64,000 nt of DNA, from positions 682,001 through 746,000 of the forward strand of contig LSRY02000044.1 in NCBI GenBank assembly GCA_001643675.2, written 5' to 3'. Shown in pieces: positions 61,079 through 64,000 of the stretch. The notes under the pieces were generated by a model. That model searched no databases. It was not told the DNA's origin and saw nothing but the letters and a program-made list of their open reading frames with translations. Numbering within the stretch: the stretch's first letter is position 1; every line of letters starts with the position of its first letter. The position numbers and the translations under genes were made by a program. Origin of the DNA: Monocercomonoides exilis PA203. Taxonomy: Eukaryota; Protista; Preaxostyla.

Positions 61079-62733
61079 GTCGGGGAGTTAACCCGCTCAG
61101 GGGAGTTAACCCGCTCAGATGATCATAGAAGTCAGAACATTTATCCTTTTACAGTTTTCATTTTTCTCTTCGAAAACAAACAAAAATCGTTCGTTGTAAC
61201 ATTATAGCAGAATGTTTGTAGAAAAAATCTAATAAAGGATGAAAAATTATAAACAGTGGATAAAAAAGTTGAAAAACTCTATCATATAACAATATCTGAC
61301 AAATCATCAAAACTGAGCCAAATTTTCCCAGATATTGCTCCTTTCGGTGCCCTGTTTGATGATGAAGCAATTTCTGCCCATTCTGGAGGCTTCTCTGGAA
61401 GTTAAGCAAGAACAGCATCTGGATTTAATGGATGAAGGCCTGTCACTCTCCAGCTGGCTTTTTTTGTAGATGGAAACGAAGCCATTGCAATTGCTTCCTT
61501 TAAAACGGAAATAAATTCTTTTCTTCTTTCGCTAGCCGTGTTTGTTTTCCCACATTCAGTTGACTTTTTGAAACATTTTTTCATGTTTGCAAAATTGTAC
61601 TGATCGTTGGGTTGCAGCAAGTGAGAAGTTTGCGAGGGGAGTTGGATAAGATCGATTAAATTATCTTTGCATAATTTTACGATCTCTGTGGAAAAATGTT
61701 CTGTTCCTCCATCCATCACCAAAGCCGCGTGATTGTGTTGTAGTCCGATGGAGATTCGCTTTTTGTTTATGCTCGGAAGGATTGCTTTTTGAAATACTTC
61801 AAGAAAGCATGCAGTTGTCATGTGTCCAGTTAAACATGGGATGAACACCTCATTTTCTATTGTAGCTTCAACATATTCTTTTGGAATTGCAGAATATGGA
61901 ATAAGAATAGTAGTTAAATATCTCACTCCATCTGCGCTTGTGAGAAAAACAATACACGTTGAATTTGGCAACGAAGGCTCTGGAATGATTGGCTGAACTG
62001 AAGAAGATGACGGAACCACGACATCTTCTGAAGATTTTGAAAATAAAGTTGATGTTTCATCCAAGTTGAACAACAATTGAGGTGTAGTTTTCACTTCGGA
62101 AAAGAACTTTGCAACTTTTCCAAAAAAGGGACCTATGGTTTGCTTCGAATTATGTGCAGCACGGCCTATTGGTAACTTTGTTGCTTTTTTCAGAGCAAGT
62201 TTCGGATATTTTTCAATAAATCTCTTTGGCCAGTGTTTGTCTACAGATTTGACTTCTTCTTCTTCAGTTCTTTTATCTCTTCCAATTTCATTTGCCTTCA
62301 AATAATAAAAAATTAAAAATACAATAATTCGAATGCTTACAAACCATTTCCGCTATATCTCTCATTGAATGGAAAATTCCTTTATCTGCATCGACTTCCA
62401 ATCGGACAATTAACCTTTGTTCGTCTGTTTTTGAAAAAAGAAAAAGTCTCCCGGGTTTTCCAACAACGCGATTATTATTTTGAGCTTTTTCTGCTCTTTT
62501 TAGAGAATGTCTGGAAATTAAACTTGCTTGTTCAATTTCCGCCTTTTTGAATCCGCAAATAAGATGCAAGTGAATACCTTTTTCGTGAGGAGTTTCCAGA
62601 AGCCTTGCTTCGCTGGATGCTGCAATTCTGTGGATCTCTTGTTCAATCTTTGACATTTTATTCCAAACAAATAATGGGTTGATTTTTGATCATCTGAGCG
62701 GGTTGACTCCCCTGAGCGGGTTAACTCCCCGAC
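61079..62733 (-). mobile_element. Complete pogo-like (Tc1/mariner superfamily) DNA transposon with 47-bp TIRs and TA target duplication
   Basis: TIRs 61079-61125 and 62687-62733 (one mismatch), each holding two 18-bp units GGGGAGTTAACCCGCTCA. TA at 61077-61078 and 62734-62735. Confidence 0.92.
61402..62656 (-). CDS. pogo-like DD35D transposase (2 exons, 401 aa)
   Basis: Exons 62656-62345 and 62295-61402, 49-nt GT-AG intron. Catalytic FNLDETS, LVMDGG and LLQPND with 35 residues between D2 and D3. Confidence 0.9.
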
Positions 62734-62738
62734 TAAAA

Positions 62739-64000
62739 GTCGGGGAGTTAACCCGCTCATGAAAGGTTGAAAAAATGTGATAAAGATCATTTCGTTTATG
62801 TCGTAGCAAAAAACAAAAGTCTTGAGATTGGATGCATCCAGCGAAGCGAGGTCGTTGACAGATCCACATGAAAAGGGATTATGCTTGCAATTAATTTGTG
62901 GACTTTCGAAATCAGCTATTGAAGAAGGAGGAATAATTTCAAGACATTCATTGAAAAGAGCTGAAAAAGCTCAAAATGCAGGTCGATACATTGGTAAGCC
63001 TGGAAAACCAACAATATTCACAAAATCTGATGAGATACGAATAATTACCAGATTGGAATTTGATGCGTCGAAAGGAATTTATCATTCCACACCAGAAATT
63101 GCTAAAATTATTAGTATTTTTTCATAGTTGAGTTTTTTTATAGTTTTTTTTTTTCATTCATAGGCGAATGAAATAAGAGCTGAAAAGAGATCTGAAGAAA
63201 ATGAAGTTAAATGTGTTGATAAGCATTGGACAAAACGGTTTTTTGCTAGATATCCGGATCTCATTCAGAAGCCTCCAAAGCAACTGCCAGTTCACAGGGA
63301 GTTGCAAACATCCAAACAGACAGTGAAACCATTTTTAATCATGATTGAAAAATTCTTCAAAACGGTTTGTATCATCCCACAATTGATTTTTAATTTGGAT
63401 GAGACTTCAACGGTGTTTTCTGAGATTAATCCTTCTGTGGTCATTCCTATTCACACATCTTCATCGCCTATACAGCCTGAACCTTCATTGCCAAGATCAA
63501 CAAGCATCGTCTTTCTGACAAGCTCGGATGGAGTCAGATATCTCACACCTATCATCGTTCCATATTCAAAAATTCCAGAAGAATTCAAAGAAGCAACGAC
63601 AGAAATGGAGGTATACACACCTAGCGAAAATGGCCATCTTTCTTCAACAGCATTCTTCGACGTTTTTTCAAAGGCTATTCTTCCTAGTGTTTTGAAAATA
63701 CGTATAGCCATCGGAAAACCACATAATCACGCTGTGCTTATCATGGGCAGTGGCACAGGACATTTTTCACCTGAAATGTTAAGAATTTGCAAAGATAATT
63801 TAATAGATATGATCCAACGACCTTCTCACACCACACATATACTTCAACCTAACGATCAGTACGTGTTTGCAAATATGAAGAAATGCTTCCGAACTGGGTG
63901 GAAATGCGGAGCCGTAATTAACGCTGCTGATCGAAGAAAAAAATTTGCTTCGTTGCTGAAGGAAGCAATTGCCATGGCATCTTTCCCATCGACAATAAAA
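62739..64000 (+). mobile_element. Second, inactivated pogo-like element (runs off the window end)
   Basis: Starts with the same terminal 21 bp. Homologous frame from ATG 62798 has TAG at codon 3 (62804), the equivalent intron donor reads AT instead of GT (about 63109), and the second catalytic Asp is lost (MDGG to MGSG). FNLDETS and LQPND are retained. Confidence 0.88.

Noticed and set aside
61082-61117. CRISPR-like repeats
   Set aside because: The 18-bp units are directly adjacent with no spacers, sit inside transposon TIRs, and the context is eukaryotic.

Overview
AT-rich eukaryotic genomic DNA with short GT-AG introns (about 50-140 nt), standard genetic code and many poly-Ser/poly-Glu tracts. 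The style, and two giant beta-helix receptor-like genes, resemble an oxymonad such as Monocercomonoides (inference only). In order, the window holds: (1) an intron-containing Sola2-like DDD transposase with an apparently intact ubiquitin-specific protease (USP/C19) domain inserted in its N-terminal half, followed by a GC-rich structured element in its probable 3' UTR; (2) a decayed AbpF-like giant gene with an embedded 76-aa ubiquitin-like domain ending in GG; (3) a Cdc15/Cdc7/SepA-type kinase; (4) an ARM-repeat gene; (5) a 239-bp inverted repeat with no mismatch found by eye; (6) a decayed pogo-like transposase; (7) two divergently oriented paralogous giant single-pass receptors (beta-helix ectodomain, TM helix, pseudokinase tail) showing a hypervariable N-terminal domain, different module numbers and different tails, one interrupted by a single TAA; (8) two head-to-head pogo-like DD35D elements with abutting TIRs next to degenerate TTAGGG repeats. 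The best candidates for new biology are the USP-carrying transposase and the modular, diversified receptor family. All family assignments come from motif recognition by eye; no database search was run.
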